Both the position numbers and the translations under genes were made by a program. Positions 27,802-38,035 of a stretch of 64,000 nucleotides of DNA are shown piece by piece. A model generated the notes under the pieces. The model made no database searches, was not told the DNA's origin, and was given only the letters and a program-made list of their open reading frames with translations. This DNA comes from Candidatus Nomurabacteria bacterium (GTDB lineage: Bacteria; Patescibacteriota; Minisyncoccia; Phycocordibacterales; UBA5272), in contig JBAXSC010000004.1 in NCBI GenBank assembly GCA_037130925.1, positions 4,156 to 68,155 on the forward strand, in the 5' to 3' direction. Every line of letters begins with the position of its first letter. Position 1 is the stretch's first letter.

Positions 27802-28902
27802 ATGAAAAAAATAATTTTAAGATTAGATCTAAATGTGCCAATCGATTACAAAACAAATAAAATTTTAGAAACAGAAAGGATTGACGCTGTAATACTAGAA
27901 ATTAAAAAACTTTCTAAAAAGAATAAACTCGTAATACTTTCACATTTAGGAAAAGGTGAAGAAAATGAAACTTTAAAACCTGTAGAAAAATACCTTCGTA
28001 GAAAATTAGATAAAAAAGAAAATGAAAATGTAGAAGTATTAGAGAATACAAGATTCCAAAAAGGTGAAACAGATAAAACTACATCAAAAGAATTTATTGA
28101 AACTTCAAAACATTTTGCATCATTAGGAGACGAATATGTTGATGACGCTTTCGCTTCAATGCACAGAGCTCACGCATCAATAGTAGGAATTCCAAAAATA
28201 TTTAAAAAAGAAAAGAAGAAAATAAGTCTAGGAGATTTAGCAAAATTAGAAATAAAAAATTTATCAAAAAGTTTAGCATTATCTAAGAATCCTAAAAATA
28301 ATACTTTACTAATAATTTCTGGAGCAAAAATTTCTACAAAATTACCACTTATACAAAAATTCTTGAAATTAAATGCAAATGTATTTATTGGCGGGGGAAT
28401 GGCAAATCAAATATTAAAAGATGTATCAAAATTAAATATCGGAGAATCATTTTTTGAAAAAGATTTCACATTAAAACCAGCTGAGATAAAATTTCTAGCA
28501 AAAAGTATTAAAGATAAAAAGTTAATTTTACCAGCTGATGCTATTTTAGAAAACAATAGTGTTGAAAACATAAATACCTTAAAAGAAAAAGATGTCATTT
28601 GTGATATTGGGCCAGCAAGTTTTGCAATACTGAAAAACGAAATTACAAATTCAAAAAATATAATAATGAACGGACCATTAGGTATTTATGAAAAAGGATT
28701 TGTAGCAAGTACAACTTCAACATTAAAAGAATTAAAGAAAAATGGAAATAACGTATTGATTGGAGGAGGAGATACTTTAGTTTTAATAAAGAAGCTAAAA
28801 ATTAAATCTGAAAATAAGATATTCATATCTACAGCAGGGGGAGCAATGCTTGATTTCCTAGCAAATGACGGGAAATTACCAGGAATTGAAGCTTTAAAAT
28901 AA
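27802..28902 (+). CDS. pgk: Phosphoglycerate kinase
   Basis: RLDLNVP, SHLGKG, ENTRFQKGE, DAFASMHRAHAS, GGGMANQ, NGPLGIYE, GGGDT and STAGGA. Confidence 0.9.
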   Translation: MKKIILRLDLNVPIDYKTNKILETERIDAVILEIKKLSKKNKLVILSHLGKGEENETLKPVEKYLRRKLDKKENENVEVLENTRFQKGETDKTTSKEFIETSKHFASLGDEYVDDAFASMHRAHASIVGIPKIFKKEKKKISLGDLAKLEIKNLSKSLALSKNPKNNTLLIISGAKISTKLPLIQKFLKLNANVFIGGGMANQILKDVSKLNIGESFFEKDFTLKPAEIKFLAKSIKDKKLILPADAILENNSVENINTLKEKDVICDIGPASFAILKNEITNSKNIIMNGPLGIYEKGFVASTTSTLKELKKNGNNVLIGGGDTLVLIKKLKIKSENKIFISTAGGAMLDFLANDGKLPGIEALK

Positions 28903-28917
28903 GTTTCAATAAAAAAT

Positions 28918-28947
28918 AAAAGACAACTAAATGTTGTCTTTTATTTT
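28918..28947 (+). terminator. Rho-independent terminator
   Basis: AAAGACAAC-taaat-GTTGTCTTT followed by TATTTTT. Confidence 0.75.
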
Positions 28948-29090
28948 TGTAATATTTATTTAAAAACTATGTAATATAATATATACAGAAAGACAGAAAT
29001 TCTAGAAAAGACGTGAGTTTGGGTATTTATTTTAAAATAAGTTCAATTTATTAGTTCATTTAAATATAAAGTCATATCAATTATAAAACT

Positions 29091-29342
29091 ATGAGAAGAT
29101 ATAGATCAGAAAGAATACAAAAAACGTTAATAGCCTTATCTGGAGCAGCATTAGCCTCAACAATGATGTTTACAAGCGCTCAAAACATCACACAAACAGA
29201 TAATTATCCAGTAGAATCCTCTGCTTATAAATATTATCAGACAAAGATAGACTCTCAACTCCATAAAGCAGTAAAAGATACTAGAGGATTAAAGCATGAG
29301 AGTAAAAAACAAAAAGTAAAAAAGAATCAAAAGACTAATTAA
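29091..29342 (+). CDS. Small secreted protein, hypothetical
   Basis: 83 aa with a signal-like LIALSGAALASTMMFTSAQ. Confidence 0.4.
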   Translation: MRRYRSERIQKTLIALSGAALASTMMFTSAQNITQTDNYPVESSAYKYYQTKIDSQLHKAVKDTRGLKHESKKQKVKKNQKTN

Positions 29343-29361
29343 AAAATAATCAATAATGGAA

Positions 29362-29391
29362 ATACCTGACATAAACTGTCAGGTATTTTTT
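29362..29391 (+). terminator. Rho-independent terminator
   Basis: ATACCTGAC...GTCAGGTAT followed by TTTTT. A perfect DnaA-box 9-mer follows immediately. Confidence 0.75.
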
Positions 29392-29506
29392 GTGGATAAA
29401 ATTTAAAAATAAAAAGATTTAGTCTGATATAATTTAACTATGAATTGAGAAATTCTATAACTTGGTTTATTAATCACTTTATTTATTTTATTAACAAAAA
29501 ATTATT

Positions 29507-30847
29507 ATGAAAAAAATTTTAACAATACTTCTATCAGCTCTAATGGTTGTTAGTTTTGCTTCTGCAGCAACTAAAACAACAGCCACCACAACCAAAACAA
29601 CTACTCAATCAAAAAATACCAGCAGCGTTCTAGTTGCAACTGTAAATATATACAATGCAACAAATACAATGAAAGATTTAAATAATTACTTAGTATCTTT
29701 TCAACTTTATAACCGTGTAGGTATCCAGTCTGGAATAAGATACGGAATCGAACTTGTAGACGCTTCTACCTCCAAAATAATAGATACACAGCTAGCAAAT
29801 GAATCTGTAACTTTAGGAGAAAAAGAAAGTAAAGATATTAAAATGAATTATTCTATTCCTAACTTTATAACTAGTGGAAATTATAAAATGGTTATAGTCG
29901 CAGAAAACCAAAATGGTTTACCTTTAGCTTATGTGTCAGCAGGGTATCCAGAAAGAATCATAAATATAGCAAACAATTATATAGCACCATCAATAGACAA
30001 TTGTTTCTTAACTGTTGAAAATGATTCTTCAACTACAGCAAAATATACAAATATACAAGGTGTAGATATTTTACCAACCGAAGTTCTAAAAGCTACATGT
30101 AAATTATCAAATACAGGAAATAGTAATTTAACTAACTTAAAAATTAGTTTAATCACTCATAAAAAAGATTTATTTGGAGATATTTTAAGCAGAGATATTG
30201 CAGGGCAAGATATAACACTAAAAGCAGGATCTTCTCAAGACGTGTCATTTAATATATCAGTTATAAAAACTCCTCAATCTTATTATATTGATGCTTCTTT
30301 AATTAATTCTTCTCAAGCAAAAATTTCAGAATCTCTAAAAATTCATTACATAGTTCACGGACCTTCAGCAACTATTCAAAATACTGTATTAGATAAAACT
30401 GATTACAAAAAAAATGATACGGCAAATCTACAAGTATTCTGGACTCCTTCAGTGGATAATTTTACAGGATCTAGACTAGGTGGAACAAAAGACAGCTATA
30501 CAATAAAAGCTATAATTTCAGATGCTTCTAGTACAAATTGTGGAAGCATTTCACAAACTATTACGAATAATCCAAATAGTATAGGAACAAATAATTTAAA
30601 AATTAAAATAAATAAAGATTGTATTAAAGCTTCTGTAGCAGTAAGTATTACAGATAAAAATGGAAACGTATTAGATACTGCAAATATAGATCCAAATAAA
30701 CCAACTAATGTTGTAGATATAAATCCAAACATTTCAACAGCTTCAACAATAAATAATGTAAACAAAATTTATGTATTTATTTTCTTAATCGTTTTAGTTT
30801 TAATTGGATACGGAATAATCGAAATGAAAAAGCAACACGAAAAATAA
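29507..30847 (+). CDS. Cell-surface protein (signal peptide + C-terminal TM anchor), hypothetical
   Basis: MKKILTILLSALMVVSFASA signal, a Thr-rich linker and a C-terminal anchor IYVFIFLIVLVLIGYGII followed by a basic tail. Confidence 0.55.
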   Translation: MKKILTILLSALMVVSFASAATKTTATTTKTTTQSKNTSSVLVATVNIYNATNTMKDLNNYLVSFQLYNRVGIQSGIRYGIELVDASTSKIIDTQLANESVTLGEKESKDIKMNYSIPNFITSGNYKMVIVAENQNGLPLAYVSAGYPERIINIANNYIAPSIDNCFLTVENDSSTTAKYTNIQGVDILPTEVLKATCKLSNTGNSNLTNLKISLITHKKDLFGDILSRDIAGQDITLKAGSSQDVSFNISVIKTPQSYYIDASLINSSQAKISESLKIHYIVHGPSATIQNTVLDKTDYKKNDTANLQVFWTPSVDNFTGSRLGGTKDSYTIKAIISDASSTNCGSISQTITNNPNSIGTNNLKIKINKDCIKASVAVSITDKNGNVLDTANIDPNKPTNVVDINPNISTASTINNVNKIYVFIFLIVLVLIGYGIIEMKKQHEK

Positions 30848-30890
30848 TTATTAAATAAAATATTAAAGTCAAATTTTACTTAGTAAAAAA

Positions 30891-31658
30891 TTAGATTTCT
30901 AAAAATACTGGGGCATGATCAGAACCAAACTGGTCTCCCAGTATTTTTATTTTCTTAACTTTTAATTTAAGTTTTTTAGATATGAAAAAATAATCAATTC
31001 TCCATCCAATATTTCTGTCTCTAGCTCTCGTCTTCATGTCCCACCAAGTATATTCTTCTTTATCAGGATTTTCTTCACGCCAAATATCTAAAAAGTATTT
31101 TTTAAAATCCGCCAATAATTCTCTTTCTTCTGGAGTAAGTCCAACATGTCCAGCATTTTCTTTTGGTCTAGCAAGATCAATATCTGCAACAGTAGCATTT
31201 ACATCTCCACAAAATATTACAGATTTTTTCTTTTCTAATTTTAGAACTAATTTTAAAAGTCTCTTATAATATTCTAATTTATATAAAAAATGTTCCTCAC
31301 TTTTTCCACCATTTGGAAAATAAATATTTAATAAATAAAAGTCTTCATATTCTGCAATTATAGTTCTGCCTTCATTGTCTAAAAAATCAGACTCTTCGTA
31401 TCCCATAGTTCCGGATACTTTTATAGGATTAACTTTTGTATAAATAGCTACACCAGAATATCCTTTTCTCATTTTTGATGATTCAAAAAAAGAATAATAT
31501 CCTTCTTTATTTTTTAAATCATTGTGAAGCTGCTCTATTTCTGATTTGGTTTCTTGAAGACATAAAATATCAGGGGAATAATTTTTGATAATATTATCTA
31601 ACTCTCCTTTTTTCTCAATAGCCCTAATACCGTTTACATTCCAAGTTATTATTTTCAT
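30891..31658 (-). CDS. xth: Exodeoxyribonuclease III
   Basis: TWNVNGIRA, LQETK, GDVN and GSDHAPV. Confidence 0.9.
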   Translation of the reverse strand: MKIITWNVNGIRAIEKKGELDNIIKNYSPDILCLQETKSEIEQLHNDLKNKEGYYSFFESSKMRKGYSGVAIYTKVNPIKVSGTMGYEESDFLDNEGRTIIAEYEDFYLLNIYFPNGGKSEEHFLYKLEYYKRLLKLVLKLEKKKSVIFCGDVNATVADIDLARPKENAGHVGLTPEERELLADFKKYFLDIWREENPDKEEYTWWDMKTRARDRNIGWRIDYFFISKKLKLKVKKIKILGDQFGSDHAPVFLEI

Positions 31659-31791
31659 AAAACTATTCTAACATAATAATATATTTAAATGTTATTGGCT
31701 ATTTAATTTAGACATAACATCTGAAAAGGAGATTTTTTGAATTATTCAAATTAATATTATATAATCAATTAAAGAATTACAAACTACAAAT

Positions 31792-32385
31792 ATGAGAAAA
31801 ATAATATTATTTTCAACTCTAACAAAAACAAATTCTGATAAATTATTAGATTTGATTTTTACAAAAGATTTAGATAAAAAAGTCCTAGCATATATGCCGT
31901 CTAATGGAGAAGATATAAAAGAAAAATATGTGACTCTGTGGAAAGAATATGCACAAAAATATAATTCCGTTTTTTTATTGATTAATAATTTTACAAACAC
32001 TGAACAAGAGTACAGAAATTTATTAAGAGCAAATATTTTAGTCATCTCCGGGGGAAATACTTTTGTTTTATTAAAAAATTTACGTAAGTCTGGTCTTGAT
32101 GCTGCTATCAAAGAATTTGTAAAAAAAGAAGACATTATATTGGCTGGCATGAGTGCTGGAGGATTAGTCCTTACACCAACGATTCAGATTTGTGAATCTG
32201 TCTCAGAATTTAGTGATAACATTGTAAATCTTCACAATTTGACCGGATTAAATATTGTAAACTTTGAAATTTCTCCCCATTTTACTAAAGAAAAATTTGG
32301 AAAAGAATTGGTAGATTACAAATCTTTATCAAAAAATGAAGTAAAGGAAATATCTGATGATGATTATATTGTAATTGATTTATAA
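31792..32385 (+). CDS. Peptidase S51 (dipeptidase E-like)
   Basis: VISGGNTF and GMSAGG (nucleophile Ser) motifs. Confidence 0.65.
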   Translation: MRKIILFSTLTKTNSDKLLDLIFTKDLDKKVLAYMPSNGEDIKEKYVTLWKEYAQKYNSVFLLINNFTNTEQEYRNLLRANILVISGGNTFVLLKNLRKSGLDAAIKEFVKKEDIILAGMSAGGLVLTPTIQICESVSEFSDNIVNLHNLTGLNIVNFEISPHFTKEKFGKELVDYKSLSKNEVKEISDDDYIVIDL

Positions 32386-32446
32386 TTAAATTATTCTAAA
32401 AATAAAACCTACTGAGTTAGTCTTTATAAATTTTTTATTTTCTCAT

Positions 32447-33484
32447 CTAACTTCTTTCTTTTCCGTGGAATTTTTTAAATTGATCTTTTAAGAATTTATT
32501 TGTAACATTGGTATAAATCTGAGTTGTAGAAATAGAAGCATGACCAAGCATCATTTGCACAGTACGAAGATCCGCACCGTTACGAAGGAGATCTGTCGCA
32601 AAAGAGTGGCGAAGAACATGAGGAGTACACTTTTTTGAAATACCCGCAAACTCTGCATACTTTTTTATTATTCTTTCTATTGATCGAGAAGTGAGACGTA
32701 AATCTTTTCCGTCTGAAGTTCTACCTGAAGAAGTAAAAGATAAATCAATAAACATAGAATCATCAACATCTACTCTTTCTTTTAAATATTTTTTTATTGA
32801 ATCAATTGCAGCATCAGAAAAAAATACAACTCTTATTTTTCCACCTTTTCCACGAACAGATATTTCACCATTTGATAAATCCTCATCACAATCGAGAGAG
32901 CAAAGCTCTGAGACACGGAGCCCTGTCGAAAAGAAAGTTTCTAAAATAGCTTTATCGCGAAGTGAAGTTAAAAATAATTTCTGTCTAAAATTTTCTGTAT
33001 TTTTGTTTTTCTTCACATCAGTATCTTTTGATTTTAGTTCATAAAAATCTTTTGGTGCATTCAGTAAATTTTCAAGATCTTTTTCTGAAATCAAATCTAA
33101 TTCTCTCTGTGAAGTTTTTGCTAATTCTATTTTTTCTGGATCATAAATTAAATCTCCTTTTTTACGACAATATTTTAAAAATGCTCTGAGTGCTATCAAG
33201 TGATAATTCTGAGTTTTTTTATCTAGAGTTTCAGAGAGTTTATTTTTAGAAGACTTGTTTGCACCAGAGGGAAGACGGTTTAAATAAAGTCTATATTCAC
33301 GCATTGATCTATCATCTACAGAACTGAGTTTATTTTGTTCTAAAAATTTAATAAATCTAGTAATATAATGATCATAATTACGAACAGTCAAAAGTGAACG
33401 ACCTTTTTCTATTTCTACGTATTCTAGAAAATTATTCTTTAGATTTATTAACTCTTTTGAATAAATATTTTGCGACATGTACAT
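32447..33484 (-). CDS. Tyrosine recombinase, XerC/XerD-like
   Basis: An N-terminal SAM-like domain. The catalytic region has GLRVSE, HVLRHSFAT and LGHASISTTQIYT. It is longer than typical Xer proteins because of Lys-rich insertions. Confidence 0.8.
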   Translation of the reverse strand: MYMSQNIYSKELINLKNNFLEYVEIEKGRSLLTVRNYDHYITRFIKFLEQNKLSSVDDRSMREYRLYLNRLPSGANKSSKNKLSETLDKKTQNYHLIALRAFLKYCRKKGDLIYDPEKIELAKTSQRELDLISEKDLENLLNAPKDFYELKSKDTDVKKNKNTENFRQKLFLTSLRDKAILETFFSTGLRVSELCSLDCDEDLSNGEISVRGKGGKIRVVFFSDAAIDSIKKYLKERVDVDDSMFIDLSFTSSGRTSDGKDLRLTSRSIERIIKKYAEFAGISKKCTPHVLRHSFATDLLRNGADLRTVQMMLGHASISTTQIYTNVTNKFLKDQFKKFHGKERS

Positions 33485-33534
33485 ATTTTAGCATAATAAA
33501 AAATACTTAAATATAAACTTGACAAATATGCAAT

Positions 33535-34065
33535 ATGAATGTTAGGATAATTTCAGTATTAAAAACATATTGTACAAACAAAAAATTATTAAAGATGGAC
33601 ACAAAAACAAAAAGTAGAGCTTTTGTAGAAAAAGCTGAAATTTTCTTAAAAGATTTTAAAGAAAAACTGAAATCAAAACTAAATCCTTATCAAAAAAGGA
33701 ATACCAAAATCAAAGTTGATTTTGATAAAAATTGGATTGATGATGCTAATAGTACTTCTGATGCATCAGTTATATCAATCGACATTTTCTTTTTCTCTCT
33801 AGGTAAACGTGAGGCTGAAGACGGTTTAATTTATTTCAACAAAAGAGGAGTGACTTTTGTATTAGCCCATGAAATAAATAGAATTGACAAAAAGAATCCA
33901 TCGCTTATGCCAATTGTTTATTACAATGAGCTTGGGATACTTACAGAATATCCTGTAGAAGCCAAGATTTTCAAATTAGAACAAATTGGTTCTGAAAAAA
34001 CTATAGATGCTTTAGCTAATTGGATAAACAATGGTATTTTAGATTTCAATGTTTTCTTTAAATAG
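33535..34065 (+). CDS. Hypothetical protein (start uncertain; alternative ATG at 33595)
   Basis: ORF only; no motif recognised. Confidence 0.4.
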   Translation: MNVRIISVLKTYCTNKKLLKMDTKTKSRAFVEKAEIFLKDFKEKLKSKLNPYQKRNTKIKVDFDKNWIDDANSTSDASVISIDIFFFSLGKREAEDGLIYFNKRGVTFVLAHEINRIDKKNPSLMPIVYYNELGILTEYPVEAKIFKLEQIGSEKTIDALANWINNGILDFNVFFK

Positions 34066-34190
34066 TCCAAAAGATCTAATCTGAGGGGTCGGAATCATCC
34101 GGCCTTTTGTTTTATATAATACTTGCTTTTTTTTAGAATGTATGATATGATATACAAACTTATTCAAGTCAAGATTAATTAAAAATTTTT

Positions 34191-34457
34191 ATGCTTACAA
34201 AAAGAAAAAAAGCTAACGCTATAAAGGAAGTACAAATGCACGCAACAGATACAGGCTCTGCTGAATCTCAGATCGCCATTTTGTCTCGCAGAATAGAAGA
34301 AGTGACTACTCATCTAAAAACTCACAAGAAAGACAATGGCTCAAGACGTGGTTTGATACAAATGGTAGCAGATAGAAGAACTCATTTAAAGTATCTTTCT
34401 AAAAATAAACCTGCTAGACATAAAGTCGTAGTAAGTAAACTCGGTATTCGTGGATAA
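34191..34457 (+). CDS. rpsO: Ribosomal protein S15
   Basis: GSAESQIAILSRRIEEVTTHLKTHKKDNGSRRGLIQMVADRR. Confidence 0.95.
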   Translation: MLTKRKKANAIKEVQMHATDTGSAESQIAILSRRIEEVTTHLKTHKKDNGSRRGLIQMVADRRTHLKYLSKNKPARHKVVVSKLGIRG

Positions 34458-34464
34458 ATAAAAA

Positions 34465-34490
34465 ACTCTCACATCCGTGAGAGTTTTTTA
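34465..34490 (+). terminator. Rho-independent terminator
   Basis: ACTCTCAC-atcc-GTGAGAGT followed by TTTTTT. Confidence 0.85.
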
Positions 34491-34577
34491 TTTAATAATC
34501 TTGCTATACTTAATAAGTAAGAATTTTTTATATTATCAAAAGTGCAAAATTTTATATTAAAAAAATAAAACAAATAT

Positions 34578-35141
34578 ATGTCTATTATTAAACATAAAGA
34601 TCAAAGAGTCGCTGTGCTCATTGATGCTCAAAATTTATATCACAGCGCAAAAAATTTATACAATGCAAGAGTTAATTTTAAAAATGTTTTAGATGAAGCT
34701 GTAGCAGGGAGACACATCATCCGCGCTATCGCTTATGTCATCTCAACAGAAGAGAGAGATGAAGCAAATTTCTTTGACGCTCTTACAAAAATAGGAATAG
34801 AAACAAAAACAAAAGATCTCCAAATCTTTTTTGGCGGAAACAAAAAAGGGGATTGGGATGTCGGTCTAGCCATAGACGCTATTCGTATTTCTCCAAAAGT
34901 TGATGCTATCATTTTAGCAACAGGTGATGGAGATTTTGAACCATTAGTTGAATATCTAAAAATTACAACACAGGTAGAAGTTATCTCATTTGGAAAATCA
35001 ACTTCTTCAAAACTTCGTGAAGTATGTGAAGACTTTACAGATATGTGTGACAACCCTTCGAAATTTATTATCTCTCACAGAGGTGTAAAGGGGACAAGAA
35101 AAAGATTTCCTCCGAAAAATAAAAAAGTATTAGGAGAATAA
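34578..35141 (+). CDS. NYN-domain (LabA/DUF88-like) protein
   Basis: VAVLIDAQNLYHSAK, GDWDVGLAIDA and ILATGDGDFEPL. Confidence 0.75.
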   Translation: MSIIKHKDQRVAVLIDAQNLYHSAKNLYNARVNFKNVLDEAVAGRHIIRAIAYVISTEERDEANFFDALTKIGIETKTKDLQIFFGGNKKGDWDVGLAIDAIRISPKVDAIILATGDGDFEPLVEYLKITTQVEVISFGKSTSSKLREVCEDFTDMCDNPSKFIISHRGVKGTRKRFPPKNKKVLGE

Positions 35142-35222
35142 AAAAATAAAAGCAATCTAAAAAGATTGCTTTTATTTTTCGTGATATAATTTTTACATAA
35201 ACTTGCTATCTTAATTTATTTT

Positions 35223-36164
35223 ATGGCTTATATTCCAACTATACACACATTCGAAGATGACATTAATGAAAACAGAGGCTTTGATGAAGCTCCTATTTCT
35301 GGCGGTATAGAAACAATAACTAATCAAAGCAGTATTTTGGTTCCTGCACAATCAGAATCTAGCTCTGTAACTAAAAAAATATTTACTTTAATTTCTGTAA
35401 TTTTTATTTTAGGCTCTCTATCTACTGTAGGATATTATTTTTATAATAATTATAAAACCCAACAAGCTATAGATCTCGCTAATCAGCAAGCTTTAGCAAT
35501 GAAGGCAGCAGATGATGCGGCGCAATCTAGTCAAAATAATTTAGCTCAAATATTTCCACTTTTAGCTCCTGGTATCAATTCTTATATAAAAACCTTTTCA
35601 CAGAAAGATAATTTAATTATTTTAACCATTAAACCCAATGACTCTTCTAATAATACAGATAATTACAGTCAGTTGTATGCTTATATACTAGCCCATCAAA
35701 AAGATCTAGGAAAGGACTTAGCGGCAACTTTTAATCTTGATCAAATAGCAGCTAATACAGCAAACAATTTAACATCTGATAGCTTGATAACTGATAACTC
35801 ATCCACAACTTCACAATCAGATTCTGTTTCATCAACAACATTAATTATAAATAATTCCACTACTTCTAAAAAGAATAATAAAAATAAAGTTGCAACATCT
35901 AGCTCGCTAGTACAAGTTGTAAATTTCTTTGATCCAAATAATCTACAAAAACAAATCTCTTCTGCTATAAATTCTGCCGCACCAGTCACTCTGGTCTCAC
36001 CAGAAAATTTAGTTTGGGAAAATAAAACTTTAAACAATCAAGACTTCCAAATAGCAAATGCTGGAGTAGTCACATTAATTTATGGCTATGTAAAAAATAA
36101 TAATTATATAGTCTTTGCAACCTCTCTCAAAGATTTCTTTGATGCAATAAATGGATTGCAATAA
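35223..36164 (+). CDS. Membrane-anchored Ser/Thr/Asn-rich protein, hypothetical
   Basis: A single TM helix (IFTLISVIFILGSLSTVGYYFY) and a low-complexity ectodomain. Confidence 0.45.
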   Translation: MAYIPTIHTFEDDINENRGFDEAPISGGIETITNQSSILVPAQSESSSVTKKIFTLISVIFILGSLSTVGYYFYNNYKTQQAIDLANQQALAMKAADDAAQSSQNNLAQIFPLLAPGINSYIKTFSQKDNLIILTIKPNDSSNNTDNYSQLYAYILAHQKDLGKDLAATFNLDQIAANTANNLTSDSLITDNSSTTSQSDSVSSTTLIINNSTTSKKNNKNKVATSSSLVQVVNFFDPNNLQKQISSAINSAAPVTLVSPENLVWENKTLNNQDFQIANAGVVTLIYGYVKNNNYIVFATSLKDFFDAINGLQ

Positions 36165-36184
36165 ATAAAATAAAAATAAAACAT

Positions 36185-37792
36185 ATGTCTTTCGTTTCAA
36201 TTAAATCAGGATTAATAATTGGACTCAGGGCGCAACTAATAAAAGTTGAATGTGATATAGGTAGAGGAATAAGTGCTTTTTCATTAATCGGATTAGGTGA
36301 TAAAGCAATAGATGAAAGTAGAGATAGGGTTTGTTCCGCATTACGCAATGCAAAATATAGTAATCCACAGCAATCAGCACACAGAACAACTATATCTCTC
36401 GCACCAGGTGATATTAAAAAAGAAGGAACTAATTTCGACTTACCAATTGCAATATCTTATTTACTCGCAAACAAAGAAATTAATTTTAATGAAGAAGAAA
36501 TAAATGATTCAATGTTTATAGGTGAACTCTCATTAAAAGGAAGCTTAGGGAAATTAAAAGGAGCTCTCGCATTAGCAGAATTGGCAGAGAAAAATAAAAT
36601 TAAAAATTTATTTCTACCAAAAGAAAACGCAGAAGAAGCAGCTCTTGTAAAAAATATAAATGTTTACGGAATTGAAAATTTAGAAGAAGTGATAGATCAT
36701 ATATCAGGAAAAAATAAATTAAAAAAAGTAGATGAGACAGATCCAAAAAAGTTTCACGAAAAATATAATGATGAAAATATTGAAATAGATATACAAGATA
36801 TAAAAGGACAAACTGGTGCAAAAAGAGCATTACTCATCGCTACAGCAGGTGGACATAATATCGCAATGTATGGACCTCCAGGAACAGGAAAGACAATGCT
36901 CGCTAGAGCGGCAAGATCACTCATACCAGATCTCGATTATAAAAATATTTTAGAAGTGACAAGAATACACTCTATCGCCGGATCAAATGAAATTGCAAAA
37001 AATAATTTAATATTAAAAGCCCCTTTCAGATCACCTCATCACACATCGAGCTATGTTTCACTTGTCGGTGGAGGATCAACACCAAAGCCTGGCGAAGTCA
37101 CACTTGCACATGGAGGAGTATTGTTTTTGGATGAGTTTCCAGAATTTGAAAAGAAAAGCATCGAGGCACTTCGTGAACCACTCGAAGAAGGATATGTGTC
37201 TATTTCTCGTGCAAAAGGCACAGAAAGATTCCCGGCAAAATTTATGCTCATCGCAGCGATGAATCCTTGTCCTTGTGGGAACAAAGGAAATAAAGATAAA
37301 AAATGTATCTGTACTCCAAATGATATAGCGAGATATGAAAGAAAATTATCTGGACCAATTATGGACCGTATTGATATGTGGGTGAGTGTGACAAATATTT
37401 CTTATGAAGAATTGAGTAATAAAACAAAAGGAGAAGAAAATAGTAAAACTTTTAAAGAGAAAATTTTACATGCTAGAGAAAAAATGAAAGAAAGATTTTC
37501 CAGAGAACCCCTCAGTCTGATTACAGACAGCTCCCCTAAAAATCTAGGGGAGCAACCCAAAATCCAATTAAATAGAGACATGTCATCAAAAGATATTTCT
37601 GATTTTATTTCTTTAGATGAAAATATCAAAAAAGAATTAAATATTTTTGCCGCAAAATTAAATTTATCCCCACGTGCATATCACAGAGTACTCCGTGTCG
37701 CTAGAACTATTGCAGATCTTGAAGAAAAAGAAAATATAGAATTACCTCACATTTTAGAAGCATTACAATACAGACCAAAGGTGAATAATTAA
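36185..37792 (+). CDS. comM: YifB/ComM-family Mg-chelatase-like AAA+ ATPase
   Basis: A Lon-like N-domain, Walker A GPPGTGKTMLA, Walker B LFLDEFPEF and a CPCG zinc motif. Confidence 0.9.
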   Translation: MSFVSIKSGLIIGLRAQLIKVECDIGRGISAFSLIGLGDKAIDESRDRVCSALRNAKYSNPQQSAHRTTISLAPGDIKKEGTNFDLPIAISYLLANKEINFNEEEINDSMFIGELSLKGSLGKLKGALALAELAEKNKIKNLFLPKENAEEAALVKNINVYGIENLEEVIDHISGKNKLKKVDETDPKKFHEKYNDENIEIDIQDIKGQTGAKRALLIATAGGHNIAMYGPPGTGKTMLARAARSLIPDLDYKNILEVTRIHSIAGSNEIAKNNLILKAPFRSPHHTSSYVSLVGGGSTPKPGEVTLAHGGVLFLDEFPEFEKKSIEALREPLEEGYVSISRAKGTERFPAKFMLIAAMNPCPCGNKGNKDKKCICTPNDIARYERKLSGPIMDRIDMWVSVTNISYEELSNKTKGEENSKTFKEKILHAREKMKERFSREPLSLITDSSPKNLGEQPKIQLNRDMSSKDISDFISLDENIKKELNIFAAKLNLSPRAYHRVLRVARTIADLEEKENIELPHILEALQYRPKVNN

Positions 37793-37807
37793 TTAAAACT
37801 TAAAACA

Positions 37808-37842
37808 AAACTGCTTCGCGTTTACGAAGCAGTTTTTATTTT
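37808..37842. terminator. Bidirectional terminator
   Basis: AAACTGCTTCG-cgttta-CGAAGCAGTTT flanked by A and T runs. Confidence 0.8.
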
Positions 37843-37848
37843 GGATTA

Positions 37849-37971
37849 TTATTTTTTTCCTCTTTTCTTTGCTAAGGTTTCAAGTGTTTGCTTTTTTATT
37901 GCAAGTCTTTTTACTGTCTTATGTGAATGAGATTTTTTATTTTTTCCTACACTAGTTAATCTTTTTGCCAT
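37849..37971 (-). CDS. Unlisted small basic protein (40 aa), possibly ribosome-associated
   Basis: Hand translation gives MAKRLTSVGKNKKSHSHKTVKRLAIKKQTLETLAKKRGKK, ending in TAA. It is very Lys/Arg-rich and below the ORF-track size cut-off. Confidence 0.35.
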   Translation of the reverse strand: MAKRLTSVGKNKKSHSHKTVKRLAIKKQTLETLAKKRGKK

Positions 37972-38035
37972 ATTTTTTATTTTAAATAATTTAGTAATTT
38001 ATAAAAATATAACATATTTTCACTAAAAATACTTT

